Source of the DNA: Gemmatimonadota bacterium
GTDB lineage: Bacteria > Gemmatimonadota > Gemmatimonadetes > Palauibacterales > Palauibacteraceae
Direction: 5' to 3'
Assembly (NCBI GenBank): GCA_963666735.1
Contig: OY762926.1
Location: 1,952,001-2,016,000, forward strand
DNA length: 64,000 nucleotides
In this document: one piece after another, positions 1-11,010 of the stretch
Numbering within the stretch: the stretch's first letter is position 1
How the letters are laid out: every line of letters starts with the position of its first letter
Position numbers and translations under genes: made by a program
Notes under the pieces: model-generated
The model's database searches: none
Told to the model about the DNA's origin: nothing
The model's input: the letters and a program-made list of their open reading frames with translations, nothing else

Positions 1-401
1 GGCCCTCCGGAACCGAGCGCAAGAATGCCGTCGTCCGGTTCGATGACCTCTCCCGTGCCGGCGATGAGCAAGCTCGTCTCCCGGTCGGCGACGGCGAGCA
101 GCGCCTCGAGCCGCCGGAGATAACGGTCGCTCCGCCACTCCTTCGCGAGTTCCACCGCCGCGCGCGTGAGGTGGCGAGGGTAGCGTTCGAGTTGCGCCTC
201 GAACTTCTCGAACAGGGTGAGAGCATCGGCGACGCCGCCGGCGAAGCCCGCCAGGATCCGGCCATCGCGCATGGTGCGGAGCTTGTTCGCCTTCGCCTTG
301 ACGACGGTTTCTCCCATGGTCACCTGGCCGTCACCCGCCATCGCGACCTCCCCTCCGACCCGGACACAGAGGATCGTCGTGGCTCGTATCATTCTCTTCA
401 T
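1..401 (-). CDS. hslV: ATP-dependent protease peptidase subunit HslV (runs off the left edge)
   Basis: Not in ORF track. Manual translation from ATG at 401: [42 protein letters not shown]...[17 protein letters not shown]...[21 protein letters not shown]...[13 protein letters not shown]. Start overlaps the xerC stop. Confidence 0.95.
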   Translation of the reverse strand, partial: MKRMIRATTILCVRVGGEVAMAGDGQVTMGETVVKAKANKLRTMRDGRILAGFAGGVADALTLFEKFEAQLERYPRHLTRAAVELAKEWRSDRYLRRLEALLAVADRETSLLIAGTGEVIEPDDGILALGSGG

Positions 402-1342
402 TCTCCTCCGCGCGGATGGGCCCGGGAGTGTACGCGCTTGAGGCGGTCCACGGATGTGTGCGTGTAGATCCGGGTCGTGCTCAGACTCGCGTGTCCCAGC
501 ATCTCCTTCACCGAGACGAGGTCCGCCCCCCGATCGAGAAGGTGGGTCGCGAAGGAGTGGCGCAGCGAATGCGTGGTCAGCCGGTCACCGTCCGCGACCC
601 GCGCGAGTTGGGCCGTCACGTCGCGCTGGATCTGCCGCCGCGAGAGGCGGGTGCCGCGAACGGAGAGGAACGCGGCTCGGGAGGTGCTTTCCCCCCGTTT
701 GCCGAAGTAGGCGTCGAGCGCTTCCGAGGCGCGCCGGCCGAGCGGGACGATGCGCTCCTTCTCCCCCTTGCCGAGAGCGCGAATCTGCCCGGCGCGGGAG
801 TCCACGGCGGTCGCATCGAGGCCGTGCACCTCCGCCAGCCGCAGTCCGCACGAGTACAGCAACTCGAGGAGGGCCCAGCGCCGGAGCGCCACCGCGGATC
901 CGTCCCGCCGCGCCGCCTCGCCGGCCGAATCGAGCAGTTCGCGCGCGTCCTCTTCGCTCAGAAAGGAGGGCAGCGTCCGGTCCCGCCGGGGGGTGCGCAC
1001 GAGCCGGGCGGGGCTGGCCTCCACCCGGTCCGTGCGCCGGAGGAAGGCGAAGAAGGCGCGCACCGCGGCGAGCTTGCGGGCGATCGAGGAACGTTTCAGC
1101 CCGCGCAACTCCAGGTCTCCCATGAAGGAACGGATGGACACCCGATGGACGTCCGCCCAGCCCCAGTCGCGTGTCCCCTCGTACGCGCTCAGGAAGGCCT
1201 CGAATTGATCGAGGTCGCGACGGTACGCGGACACGGTGTTGGGGGACAGCCGTCGCTCGGCACGGGCGTAGCGGAGGAAGTCGTCGACCCAGGCGCGCCG
1301 GGCTCGCGCTCGCGCACCGGCGGGCGCGGACGTCCCGGTCAT
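398..1342 (-). CDS. xerC: Tyrosine recombinase XerC
   Basis: Motifs [46 protein letters not shown]; topA-xerC-hslV context. Confidence 0.9.
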   Translation of the reverse strand: MTGTSAPAGARARARRAWVDDFLRYARAERRLSPNTVSAYRRDLDQFEAFLSAYEGTRDWGWADVHRVSIRSFMGDLELRGLKRSSIARKLAAVRAFFAFLRRTDRVEASPARLVRTPRRDRTLPSFLSEEDARELLDSAGEAARRDGSAVALRRWALLELLYSCGLRLAEVHGLDATAVDSRAGQIRALGKGEKERIVPLGRRASEALDAYFGKRGESTSRAAFLSVRGTRLSRRQIQRDVTAQLARVADGDRLTTHSLRHSFATHLLDRGADLVSVKEMLGHASLSTTRIYTHTSVDRLKRVHSRAHPRGGE

Positions 1343-3894
1343 TTTCTCGACGACTTCTTGCGGGGGCCGCCGCGCCGCCCACCCGTCTTTCTGGTCGCGT
1401 CGCGCTCCTTCCGCTTCCTCAGCAGGTCCAGCGCCATGTCCAGCGTGACCTCATCGGGCTCCGTCCCCCTGGGCAGCGAAGCGTTCGTCTTGCCGTGTTT
1501 GACGTAGGGGCCGTAGCGACCCTTGTAGATTGCGATCGACTCGCCGTCATCGGGGTGCGCGCCGACTTCCCGCAGCGGTGTGGCGCTCGCCCGCCGGCCC
1601 CGCGTCTTGGGCGCGGAGAGCAACTCCATGGCGCGCTCGAAGGTGACCTCGAGCGGGTCGTCGTTTTCCGTCAGCGAGCGGAAATCCTTTTGGTGGACGA
1701 CGTACGGACCGTAGCGACCGATCCCCACCTTCACCGGGTCGCCGCTCTCCGGGTGCGTGCCGAGCGGGGCGGGCATGGCGAGCAGCTTGAGCGCCATCGC
1801 CAGCGACACATCCTCCGGCTGAACGTTCTTCGGGAGGGAGGCGCGTTTCGGCTTCCTCGCGTCCGTCCTCTCGCCTTGCTGCACGTAGGGGCCGTAGCGC
1901 CCCTCCATGAGGTAGATGGCCTCTCCGGAATCGGGGTCCTCTCCCAGCCGGTCCGGACCTTCCGCCCGTTTCTGGAGGAGATCGATCGCCTGCTCCTCGC
2001 TGAGGTCGGCCGGGGCGACATCCTCCGGGAGGGACGCGGTGAGCCGATCACCGTTGCGCTCGAGTTCGAGGAAGGGGCCATAACGGCCGATCCGCACGCG
2101 GGGGGTGAGGTCCTGGAGGCGGACGGTCGAGGCCTCCCGCGGGTCGATGGCCGCTTCGCGCTCGACAAGTCGCGCTTCGAGACCTTTCCCGCCGCTGTAG
2201 AACTCCCCGAGGTACGCGCGCCAGTCCACGTTGCCGCGCGCGATCTCGTCCAGCGCCTCCTCCATCTCGGAGGTGAACCCGGTGTCGACGAGGTTCGGGA
2301 AGTGATCCTCCAGGAGACCGGTCACCGCGAAGGCGATGAAGGTGGGCACGAGTTGCTTGCTCTGCCGCACGGCGTAGCCTCGATCGACGACGGTCGAGAT
2401 GATGGCGGCGTACGTGGAGGGGCGCCCGATGCCGTCCGCCTCCAGTTCCTTGACGAGCGCCGCATCCGTGAAGCGGGGGGGCGGCTTCGTCTCGTGCTTC
2501 CGACTCTCCAGCTTGCGGTTCTCGAGTGTCTGACCCTCCCGCATGTCGGGGAGGACCGTTTCCTGGTTCTCCAGCGCCGCGTCCGGGTCGTCGGAGCCTT
2601 CGACGTAGGCGCGGAAGAAGCCGGGGAACTCGATGACTTTGCCCGCGGCGCGGAAGCGCGCCTCCTCCGCGTCCACGTGCACGTTCAGGTGCCGCAGCCG
2701 GGCATCCGCCATCTGCGTCGCGACCGCACGTCTCCAGATCAGTTCGTAGAGCGCCTTCTGCCGGCCGGTGAGTCCGAGTTCGGCGGCCGTGCGCATGTCG
2801 GTGCCGGACGGGCGAATCGCCTCGTGGGCCTCCTGGGCGGAGCGGGATTTCGTCTTGTAGCGCCGCGGGACAGAGCTCAGGTATTCCTCCCCGTACCGGG
2901 CCGCCACGCGGCTTCGGATCGCCCTGATCGCGGCTTCGGACAATGTGACGGAATCGGTCCTCATGTAGGTGATATGGCCGGCCTCGTAGAGCGCCTGCGC
3001 AATCCGCATCGTGTCCCGGGCCCCGAGGTTCAGCTTGCGGTTGGCCTCCTGCTGGAGGGTCGCGGTCGTAAACGGAGGATACGGGCTCCGCTTCGACTGC
3101 CTTTCCTGCAGCTTGACGACCTTGAAGGTCGCGTCGGCCAAGCGCGCGCGGAGGGCCTCGGCGCGTTCCCGGTCCAGCAGGACGACCTTGCGGCCGGACT
3201 TGAGCGCGCCGGTGCGTTCATCGAAATCCCGGCCCCTCGCGATCGCCACCCCGTCGAGCGCAGCCAGATCGGCCGTGAAAACGTGCCCATTCGCGGCGAG
3301 GTGGGCGCGCAGCCGCCACCAGGTCCCGCTCCGGAAGGCGCGCCGCTCCCGCTCGCGCTCGACGAGCAGGCGGACGGCGACCGACTGCACGCGGCCCGCG
3401 GAGAGTCCGGGCTTGATCTTCTTCCACAGGAGCGGGGAGACCCCGTACCCGACGAGGCGATCCAGAATCCTGCGCGCCTGCTGGGCTTCGATGCGGGGGA
3501 GGTCGATCTCTCCCGGCTGCTCGAGCGCCGCGAGCACGGCATTTCTCGTGATCTCGTTGAATGTGATGCGGCGGAACCGCTCTCGAAGCGACCGCTTCCG
3601 CGCGGTCAGAGCCTCGACGATGTGGTAGGCGATCGCCTCGCCTTCGCGGTCGGGGTCCGTGGCGAGGAGAATTGAATCCGCCTTCGCCGCCTCCGCGCGC
3701 AGCTTCCGGAGGACGGGTTCCTTCCCCTCGATCGTGACGTACTCCGGCTCGAACCCCTTTTCGACGTCGACGCCGAGGCCGCTCCTGGGGAGATCCCGGA
3801 CGTGCCCGACGGATGCCTGTACGCTGAAGCCGGCCCCGAGATACGACTCCAGGGTGCGGGCCTTCGCGGGCGACTCCACGATGACGAGATTCAC
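1339..3894 (-). CDS. topA: DNA topoisomerase I with C-terminal GRYGPY repeats and a basic tail
   Basis: [54 protein letters not shown]; four GRYGP(F/Y) repeats instead of Zn ribbons. Confidence 0.97.
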   Translation of the reverse strand: MNLVIVESPAKARTLESYLGAGFSVQASVGHVRDLPRSGLGVDVEKGFEPEYVTIEGKEPVLRKLRAEAAKADSILLATDPDREGEAIAYHIVEALTARKRSLRERFRRITFNEITRNAVLAALEQPGEIDLPRIEAQQARRILDRLVGYGVSPLLWKKIKPGLSAGRVQSVAVRLLVERERERRAFRSGTWWRLRAHLAANGHVFTADLAALDGVAIARGRDFDERTGALKSGRKVVLLDRERAEALRARLADATFKVVKLQERQSKRSPYPPFTTATLQQEANRKLNLGARDTMRIAQALYEAGHITYMRTDSVTLSEAAIRAIRSRVAARYGEEYLSSVPRRYKTKSRSAQEAHEAIRPSGTDMRTAAELGLTGRQKALYELIWRRAVATQMADARLRHLNVHVDAEEARFRAAGKVIEFPGFFRAYVEGSDDPDAALENQETVLPDMREGQTLENRKLESRKHETKPPPRFTDAALVKELEADGIGRPSTYAAIISTVVDRGYAVRQSKQLVPTFIAFAVTGLLEDHFPNLVDTGFTSEMEEALDEIARGNVDWRAYLGEFYSGGKGLEARLVEREAAIDPREASTVRLQDLTPRVRIGRYGPFLELERNGDRLTASLPEDVAPADLSEEQAIDLLQKRAEGPDRLGEDPDSGEAIYLMEGRYGPYVQQGERTDARKPKRASLPKNVQPEDVSLAMALKLLAMPAPLGTHPESGDPVKVGIGRYGPYVVHQKDFRSLTENDDPLEVTFERAMELLSAPKTRGRRASATPLREVGAHPDDGESIAIYKGRYGPYVKHGKTNASLPRGTEPDEVTLDMALDLLRKRKERDATRKTGGRRGGPRKKSSRK

Positions 3895-3904
3895 GTGCGG
3901 CCTC

Positions 3905-4504
3905 TCAACTCTCCTGTGGTCCTTCCGTGGTTCCTTCCACTGTTCCTTCCACCGTTCCTTCCCGGTCCGCCGGCGGGCGGGGCGCGAGACGCCGCAGACA
4001 TCTCAGCGCTACCTCCACGACATCATCCGGTTCCCGTCCATCCGTCTCCAGCACCAGTTCGGCCTCCGCGTAGGCGGCCTCCCGCGCCGCGAGCAGGGCG
4101 GCGAGCGCAGCCGCGGGGTCGGGTCCGGCCAGCAGAGGCCGAACCTCGGCACCCTCCCCGGAGAGGCGATGGATCGCGGTCTCGGGGCGCACGCGCAACC
4201 AGACGCGTACCCGGCCACCGGACGTACGGTCGATGTCCCGGCGCGCCATCCACCCTCCTCCGGTCGCAACGATGACATCCGTTGCCCGTGCCGCCCGGGA
4301 CGCGGCCCTGGCCTCGAGCCGCCGGAACTCGGCTTCGCCGCCGACGCGAAACAGGTGAGGGATCGTCTCCCCCGCCAGCTCCTCGACCTCGCGGTCGAGA
4401 TCCACATAGCGATACCCCAGCCGCCGGGCGAGGAGCGGTCCTATCGTACTCTTCCCCGCCCCGGAGAGCCCGACGAGCCAGATCCTTCGGGGCACCCTCG
4501 ACAC
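3905..4504 (-). CDS. aroK: Shikimate kinase
   Basis: GLSGAGKSTIG Walker A, DLD, GEAEFRRLE, ATGGG, RPLL; adjacent to aroC. Confidence 0.93.
   Translation of the reverse strand: MSRVPRRIWLVGLSGAGKSTIGPLLARRLGYRYVDLDREVEELAGETIPHLFRVGGEAEFRRLEARAASRAARATDVIVATGGGWMARRDIDRTSGGRVRVWLRVRPETAIHRLSGEGAEVRPLLAGPDPAAALAALLAAREAAYAEAELVLETDGREPDDVVEVALRCLRRLAPRPPADREGTVEGTVEGTTEGPQES
3918..3965. repeat. Four imperfect 12-bp tandem repeats in the aroK 3' end
   Basis: ggtccttccgtg / gttccttccact / gttccttccacc / gttccttcccgg, encoding REGTVEGTVEGTTEGP. Confidence 0.85.
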
Positions 4505-4505
4505 G

Positions 4506-5693
4506 TCACGTCCCGATCCGGGCGAGGTAGCTCTCCATGTTGGACCGCATGTCGGATACGTTGTCGCCGCCGAATTTCTCGATCCACGCGTCGGCCAGCA
4601 CGAGCGCCATCATCGCCTCGCCGACGACGCCGGCCGCGGGCACGGAGCACGTATCGCTGCGCTCCAGGAGCGCCTTGGCGGGCTCGCCGGTCCGGGTGTT
4701 CACGCTGTCCAGGGGGCGCCGGAGCGAGCTGAGCGGCTTCATGGCGACGCGGGCCACGATGTCGCCCCCCGTCGTCATCCCCCCCTCGAGTCCGCCGGCG
4801 TTGTTCCGGCGCCGCCGATAGCCCCCGCTCGCGGGGAGGGCGGGATCCCGCTCGATCTCATCGTGCACCTCCGACCCCCGGAAGCGCGCGGCCTCGAAGC
4901 CCATGCCGATCTCGACGCCCTTCATGGCGTGGATCGACATCATCGCCCCGCCGATGCGGCCCCCCAGGCGGGTCTCCCAGGTGACGTGGCTCCCGAGCCC
5001 CACGGGTACGCCGCGCGCCACGACCTCGAATACGCCCCCCAGCGAATCCCCGGCGCGGCGGGCGGCATCGATCGCGTCGACCATGGCCGCCGACGCGTCC
5101 GCATCGATGCAGCGCACGGGCGACGCGTTGGTCACGGCGAACAGATCCTCCGGCAGCGGCAGTCCGGGCGGGATCGACACCGGACCGATCGACACCACGT
5201 GGCTCTCGACGCGCACGCCAAATCTGGCCAGCAGACGCTTGGCGATGGCCCCGGCGGCAACGCGCGCGGCGGTCTCGCGCGCGCTGGCCCGTTCGAGGAT
5301 GTCGCGCGCGTCCTCCCTCCCGTACTTGAGCATCCCCGCGAGGTCGGCGTGTCCCGGCCGCGGCATGTACACCCGGCGCAGGAGTTCGTCGTCGTCCACA
5401 TCCGGCGCGTCGATCGCCATCGCCGCGCGCCAGTTCCTGTGGTCGCGGTTGGGGATCCGGATCGCGATCGGCGACCCCAGGGTCTCGCCGAGCCGCACGC
5501 CGCCGAAGATCTCGCCCACATCCTTTTCGATCCTCATGCGGCCGCCCCGGCCGTGCCCTCCCTGGCGGCGGACCAGTTCGAACGAGACATCGCCGGGCCT
5601 AAGAGCCAGCCCGGCGGGGATCCCCTCCAGCACGGCGACCACGGCGGGGCCGTGTGTTTCGCCCGCCGTCGTCAACCTCAGACACCTCAGCAT
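4506..5693 (-). CDS. aroC: Chorismate synthase
   Basis: TAGETHG, RRQGGHGRGGRM, PRPGHADL, ERASARETA, NNAGGLEGG, ERSD. Confidence 0.97.
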   Translation of the reverse strand: MLRCLRLTTAGETHGPAVVAVLEGIPAGLALRPGDVSFELVRRQGGHGRGGRMRIEKDVGEIFGGVRLGETLGSPIAIRIPNRDHRNWRAAMAIDAPDVDDDELLRRVYMPRPGHADLAGMLKYGREDARDILERASARETAARVAAGAIAKRLLARFGVRVESHVVSIGPVSIPPGLPLPEDLFAVTNASPVRCIDADASAAMVDAIDAARRAGDSLGGVFEVVARGVPVGLGSHVTWETRLGGRIGGAMMSIHAMKGVEIGMGFEAARFRGSEVHDEIERDPALPASGGYRRRRNNAGGLEGGMTTGGDIVARVAMKPLSSLRRPLDSVNTRTGEPAKALLERSDTCSVPAAGVVGEAMMALVLADAWIEKFGGDNVSDMRSNMESYLARIGT

Positions 5694-5701
5694 CCTGTCC
5701 T

Positions 5702-5745
5702 CATCGCGTCAACATCGCATGAAAGTCGCATGAACATCGCGTGGA
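5702..5745. repeat. Four 11-bp direct repeats just upstream of the aroC RBS
   Basis: catcgcgtcaa / catcgcatgaa / agtcgcatgaa / catcgcgtgga. Confidence 0.8.
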
Positions 5746-5831
5746 TCTCTCCTCATCGAACGGCCGTTCCAACGGCGGGAAAAGGATGCGCCGAGGCGGG
5801 AGCCGCAACCTGACGACCCCCTGACGGCCCC

Positions 5832-7570
5832 TTACCGTCCGTCCGGCTGGCGATGAATGATGTGCGGCGTAACGAGGATGATCAGGTCCTGCTTCACCTC
5901 GTTCTCCTTGGTGCTCCGGAACAGATTTCCAATCAGCGGGAGGTTCATGAGCCCGGGAATCCCGCTGCGGCTCCGACTCACCTCGCTCAGCGTAAGACCG
6001 CCGATCACGGCGGTCTCGCCGTCATCGAGCAGCAGCGTCGTCTCACCGATCTGTTTCTCGAACACGAAGCCCACATCCGAGAGTCCCAGCTTCAGCCCGG
6101 ACCGTTCGGCCATCAGCTCCAGCCGGATCTGATTGTTGTTCGTCACGTGCGGGACGACGTCCAGAATAATCCCCGTGTCCTCGAAATCGACGTTGACGCG
6201 CGCGGACTCGGTCTGGGCCCCCGGCTCCAGAACCCGGATCGGGGTGCGTTCGCCCACCTGAATCCTCGCGTGCGCGTGGTCCACGACCCGGATCGAGGGC
6301 GCAGCCTGCACGTCCGACAACTGCTGCGATTCGAGCGCTTCGAGGAACGAGAAGAGGGAGAACTCGCCGAACGCCACGGCCGTGAGGATCTGAAGCGCCG
6401 GCCCGATCGGGCGATCGTTCGCGTTCGCCAGCGCCGCGACCGCCGTGCCTCCGAGGCTCACGAGCGTTTCGTTCGTCCGCTGGACGAACCCCTGATCGAC
6501 CGTTCCATCGCCGTCCACGTCAACGAGTTGGGGCGGCGAATTGGGGTCGGGCGCCGGGATGACGTCGTTGATGCCCTGTTCCACGAAGTCGCCGGCCCGC
6601 TCCTTGAGGTCGTACACGATCCCCAGTTGCTGTACGTCGGTCCGGTCGACAAACACGATCTTCGCCTCGATCGCGACCTGGGGAGACGTCGGTCCAGCGC
6701 GGCGATGATCGTGTCCATCCGCGCGACGACGGACGGTGCGTCGGTCACGATGACTGTGTTGCTGCCGGCGAACGACACGACCTGGCCGCGGTTGGGCGTC
6801 GCCAGGTGTCGGAGCGTCTCCGCCACCGAGTCCGCCCGCGCATAGTTGATCCGGATCACGCGCGTTTCGCTCAGCAGTTGATCCCGCGCCTGGAGGTTCT
6901 CCAGCCAATCGACGACGACGATCCCGCCGTCGGTCCTGTGCCAGCCGAGGTTCTGGGCGGACAGAATCGCGTTCAGCGCCACATCCCACGGCTGATCGCG
7001 GATGTCGATGCCTCGAACGATGACGGACGCGACCTCTCCATTCGGGACGACCGAGATGTCCGCGAACTCCGAGAACCCGGCGAGGACGTCGAGCATGCTC
7101 GCGCTGTCGTACACCACCGAGATGCGTGGCTCGGTCTCCTGCACGACCGGCAGCGGCCCGGAAGCACTCCGGACATCCGTCGTGGACCAGGGAGAAAAAG
7201 GCGGCCCCGGGTTCCGGAAGGTCACGCGAACCGCACCGGAGTCCGCGGTTACCCGGTAGGCGGTTTCCCGCTCGAGATCGAATATGAGCCGCACCGTCCC
7301 GGGCCGGAACCGGGTTGAACGGATGCCGAGCACTCCGCCGCGGTCGATCCGGTCGTAGTGGCGGCGCGCGAGTCCCCGGTTCACCCCCTTCAGGTCAAGA
7401 AGCAGCCGCGGAGGATTGGTGAGCATCATGTGGCGGGGCGTGGCCGGCCCTCCGACGACCACCGTGATCTCGGTCTCCGTCCCCTCGGAGGCGATCCTCA
7501 CTTCCCGCATCTCGGCTGGGGAGGCTGCCGCAACCGCTGCGGCGACGGCGAAAATGGCCCGGGAGATCAT
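5832..7570 (-). pseudogene. pilQ: Type IV pilus secretin PilQ (AMIN + secretin), split by a 1-bp frameshift near 6680-6683; real lesion or assembly error
   Basis: ORF 6458..7570 has signal peptide, AMIN-like region, PWDVALNAIL and INYARA. ORF 5832..6989 continues PQVAIEAKIV...DTGIILDVVPHVT...LDDGETAVIGGL...GIPGLMNLPLIGNLF...LIILVTPHII. One extra C in the C4 run joins the two frames. Confidence 0.88.
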
Positions 7571-7971
7571 CCGCCTGTCCCCCGCTCACGCCTCACCCGC
7601 AGCGTCTCCCGACGGCTGACTCCGAAGCTCGTGATCACGAAATCCACCTCCTCAATGCGAATCCGCACGACCCGGGCCGTGCCGATGATGTCGCGTTCGC
7701 GGGCACGGTATCGCCGGCCCGTGGTTCGATCGGTCAGAATCGCAACGCTTCCCAGTTGCGGGTTGTACAGCACGCCGGACAGCGCAAGGTCTCCGAAACG
7801 GGGCCCCGCCTGTGTGTCCGGGTCAAGCGGCAGGAACGGGTCGCGTCGCTCGAAGGCCGGGTAGGCGAAGATCTCGCGCTCGTAGATCGGCGGCCGTGTC
7901 TGTGCCGTGACCTCCGGTGGCCCGGTTCGTAACGCTGCCGCGAGCACCGCGGTCAGGATCATGCGAGTCAT
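7567..7971 (-). CDS. PilP-position pilus assembly protein
   Basis: Start reassigned to the ATG overlapping the pilO stop; signal-like N-terminus, RRDPF motif, lies between pilO and pilQ. Confidence 0.7.
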   Translation of the reverse strand: MTRMILTAVLAAALRTGPPEVTAQTRPPIYEREIFAYPAFERRDPFLPLDPDTQAGPRFGDLALSGVLYNPQLGSVAILTDRTTGRRYRARERDIIGTARVVRIRIEEVDFVITSFGVSRRETLRVRRERGTGG

Positions 7972-8558
7972 CCACCCTCCGGCGAAGCGGCGTCTTCCGG
8001 CGGAAGCACGAAAGTCTCGAGGCTGAAGCGCGCGTGAACGAGTTGCCGTCCCGAGTCCGTGATGCGGGAGGGTACGATCTCGTCGACCTCGGGCCGTACG
8101 ATTCGGGCGAAGCCGGCGACCCGCGTCAGGAACTGCCCGACATCGTGGTACGCCCCCTCGACCTGAAGCGCCCATTGTTGCCGCACGAAGTAGCCGGTGG
8201 AGTCGGCCACGGGATCGGCGGGCAGCGCACGTACGAGTTCGAGACCGAGCGACTGTGTTTCGGCCGCGATGGCTTCATATATGGCCTCGACTTCACCCTC
8301 TCGCGGAACGAGCCGTTTCAGCGCCGCGAGCTGCCGTTCGCCGAGTACGAGACCCTCGTGTATCTCATCCGGGTTGCCGTCCCCCAGCTCGGCGAGGGCG
8401 TTGGCCCGCTCGGTCCGCTCAACCCGCTCTGCCAATCCGGCCAGCTCCACCCTGCGCGGGTTCCAGAAGTGCAGATGGAAGGCCGTCCCGCAGCCCAGCA
8501 GGAGTACGAGTCCGAGCGCCCGGTACTGCGCGCGGGGTTCCCTCGGTAGCACGGTCAA
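7968..8558 (-). CDS. pilO: Type IV pilus assembly protein PilO
   Basis: N-terminal TM, coiled coil, LVP, VEGAYHDVGQFLTRVAGFARIV; start approximate (TTG overlapping the pilN stop). Confidence 0.85.
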   Translation of the reverse strand: MTVLPREPRAQYRALGLVLLLGCGTAFHLHFWNPRRVELAGLAERVERTERANALAELGDGNPDEIHEGLVLGERQLAALKRLVPREGEVEAIYEAIAAETQSLGLELVRALPADPVADSTGYFVRQQWALQVEGAYHDVGQFLTRVAGFARIVRPEVDEIVPSRITDSGRQLVHARFSLETFVLPPEDAASPEGG

Positions 8559-9175
8559 GCCGGTTCGACCCGCCGGGAGGCGGGCGCATGGGCGAATCGA
8601 AGCACGAGAGTGAAGGCCTGCCGGGCGACCTGATCGGGATCGGATCCCTGCTGCCGGCTGCCGACGATCCTCACATCGGCAATGTAGTCCGAGGTCTCCA
8701 GGCTGCGGACGAATTCCGTGATCGCGAGCGGATTGCCCGCAATCCCCTGAACTTCGACCGTGAGGTCGGGTGGCGGCGACAGTTGACGCAGGGAAGTCAG
8801 CCAGGCCGGCGGCGGGAGCGCGCGGCTGATTTCGTCCATCATGTGCGGCCACGCGAACCGGTCGCGGTCCAACTGTTCGACGAGGGCGACGCGCTCGCGG
8901 ATCTCGCGAGATCTTTCCGTCAAGCTGTCGCTTGCGGCCCGGAGTTCGGCGAGCCGCGCCGAATCCGCCACCGCTGCTTCAAGACGCACCTGCAGTTCGA
9001 GGGCCTCGGCCCGCTGCGATCGCCACAGCGCGACCGTGGCCGGCAGGATCGTCAGTGCCGAGATCAACAGTGCGACCCCCCAAAAGTCGATGCGGAGACG
9101 GCCACCGTCGCGCCCGTGCGTCGCGACCCCGTGCCGCGCGCGCAGAGCTTCGGGCAGAAGGTTGATCTCGATCAT
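8555..9175 (-). CDS. pilN: Type IV pilus assembly protein PilN
   Basis: MIEINLLP motif, TM, coiled coil, WPHMMDEISRALP..WLTSL. Confidence 0.9.
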   Translation of the reverse strand: MIEINLLPEALRARHGVATHGRDGGRLRIDFWGVALLISALTILPATVALWRSQRAEALELQVRLEAAVADSARLAELRAASDSLTERSREIRERVALVEQLDRDRFAWPHMMDEISRALPPPAWLTSLRQLSPPPDLTVEVQGIAGNPLAITEFVRSLETSDYIADVRIVGSRQQGSDPDQVARQAFTLVLRFAHAPASRRVEPA

Positions 9176-9198
9176 GGTCGTACCCACGCTCTCACGTT

Positions 9199-10158
9199 TC
9201 AGCCTCCCCGAACCGGGGACCGAAGAGCGAGCCCGATCGAAAGCATGAGCATCGGCGCCACCGAGCCCAGATCCGTCCGATCCGCGACGTCCGGCGCGAC
9301 CTCGATACGTTCGAACGCGTGCGCGAGGCGCGTTTCCACGCCTGTCGTCTCTGCGAGGATCTCGACCAGGCCGGGCGCCGCGGCTCCTCCGCCGCACAGG
9401 TATACGCGTGCGATCCCCGGTCCGGTCTCGACGAAGGCCCCCGCGCGGTCGATGCCGCGTGCGATCCGGCGGGCGCCTTCATCCAGCCCGTCTGCCGTCG
9501 GAGCGCCGACGGCCAGTTCGCGGGCCAACAGCGGGAGCCCGTTCCGGAGCAGGTGTATGGCGGTCGAATGGGCCCCGATGTCGACCAGCACGGTCACATC
9601 CCTCATCGCGGCCGGATAGTTCGCCTCGAACGCGTTGCGAAGGGCCAGAGCCTCCACGTCGACCGTCGTCGGGTTCAGACCCGCCCGCCGCAGGAGTGCG
9701 ACGCGCGTCTCGATGACGTCTCGTTTCGCCGCCGCCAGCAGTACGCTCATCGTCGAGCTTTCTCCGTCCGGATCGATGATCGCGAAGTCCAGTTCCACGT
9801 TCTTCATGTCGAAGGGAACGTGCTGCTCCGCTTCCCACGGCATCACGGCGCGGGCCTCCGCCTCATCCATCCGGTCGATTTCGATCACCTTGCTGAGCAC
9901 ATCGCGCCCACCGATGCCGATGACCACATCGCGGGGCTTGATTCGCTCCCGCCTGAACATCGAGGAAAGCGTGTCGGCGACACGCTCCGGATCCCCGATC
10001 GTCCCGCCGCGCACGGTATCCGCCTCGTTCGGAGCGGTCGCGAGCCCCGTCAGGCGGGGCCCGCTCGGACCATGGTCGATCACCGCGGCCTTGCTGAAGC
10101 CGCTGCCGACATCGACGCCGACGGTGGCCTTCCGGCGCCGCAACCCGAATCTGCTCAT
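9199..10158 (-). CDS. pilM: Type IV pilus assembly protein PilM
   Basis: VGVDVGS, EAEQHVPF, VLLAAAK, VDVEALAL, LVDIGA, YLCGGGA, IGLALR. Confidence 0.92.
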   Translation of the reverse strand: MSRFGLRRRKATVGVDVGSGFSKAAVIDHGPSGPRLTGLATAPNEADTVRGGTIGDPERVADTLSSMFRRERIKPRDVVIGIGGRDVLSKVIEIDRMDEAEARAVMPWEAEQHVPFDMKNVELDFAIIDPDGESSTMSVLLAAAKRDVIETRVALLRRAGLNPTTVDVEALALRNAFEANYPAAMRDVTVLVDIGAHSTAIHLLRNGLPLLARELAVGAPTADGLDEGARRIARGIDRAGAFVETGPGIARVYLCGGGAAAPGLVEILAETTGVETRLAHAFERIEVAPDVADRTDLGSVAPMLMLSIGLALRSPVRGG

Positions 10159-10161
10159 GCC

Positions 10162-11010
10162 TCAGTTACGGAGGGACATCGAGTAGACGACGCGCCGACC
10201 CGCTGCGCGACCGTTGCGGCCGATGGCCGTACCGGTCAGCCGGATTTCGCGCACGCGGGAGAGTTCCCCCGGTGCCACGCCGGCCTGGATGGCGCCTCCC
10301 GACAGCCGGTACTCGAACGCCGCGCCGAGCTCGAGCGGGGACACGAACTCCTGGCCGTTGCGCCGGATGGATACCGTTCCCGGTTCGGAATCGGATCGGC
10401 GGATCGCGTAGGTGAGCCGTCCATAGACGCGAGCGAGCGAGCCGGGCACGGGCGTCGTCCCGAAGCCGCCGTTCCAGCCGCTTGTGCGCCGGAACCACCG
10501 GGTCGGCATTCGGTTCGCCCGATCCGCTCCCGCCGCCCGGCAGGCGGTCTCCGCCGCCACCGAGACACTTGAGGCGGGCGTGAACCCGTCCGCGTAGTTC
10601 CAGTCCGCGGAGTACGGCCCGGAGAACGCCGTGCCGCGCCACCCGGACTGAAGGTTCGCGGCGATGGAATCGTAGGCGAAGAGATCGATCGATCCGCTGC
10701 TCACCGTGTCGCACACGATTGCCCTCAACACGACGACGCGGACGGACACGGTGTCGGGCGTTGCGACGAGCAGGTCGCCCGGCCCGGCGCCGCGGATCTC
10801 CGCTCCCATGCCGTCGGCCAGTGCGCGTGCCGTCTGCGACGCCCGGATGGCGTCCTCATTACGCAGATGAAAGCGGCTCTGACTCCCCAACAGGCCGATG
10901 AGCAGGCCGATGAGCAGACCGGCGCCAGCGAGCGCGACGAGCATTTCGGCAAGGGTGAACCCTCCCTGGCGGCATGGTCGGGGCGGCGTGAGGGGGCGCG
11001 GAATGCTCAT
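10162..11010 (-). CDS. Minor pilin, PilW-like
   Basis: Prepilin site GG|FTLAEMLVAL with Glu5 and a hydrophobic helix. Confidence 0.75.
   Translation of the reverse strand: MSIPRPLTPPRPCRQGGFTLAEMLVALAGAGLLIGLLIGLLGSQSRFHLRNEDAIRASQTARALADGMGAEIRGAGPGDLLVATPDTVSVRVVVLRAIVCDTVSSGSIDLFAYDSIAANLQSGWRGTAFSGPYSADWNYADGFTPASSVSVAAETACRAAGADRANRMPTRWFRRTSGWNGGFGTTPVPGSLARVYGRLTYAIRRSDSEPGTVSIRRNGQEFVSPLELGAAFEYRLSGGAIQAGVAPGELSRVREIRLTGTAIGRNGRAAGRRVVYSMSLRN

Noticed and set aside
398..1342. Tyrosine recombinase as a prophage or island integrase
   Set aside because: XerC-like size and motifs, coupled between topA and hslV, with no att site or phage genes.
1171..3675. 834-aa plus-strand ORF and many similar long antisense ORFs
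   Set aside because: Shadow frames of real genes in high-GC DNA; Arg/Pro/Gly-rich with no motifs.
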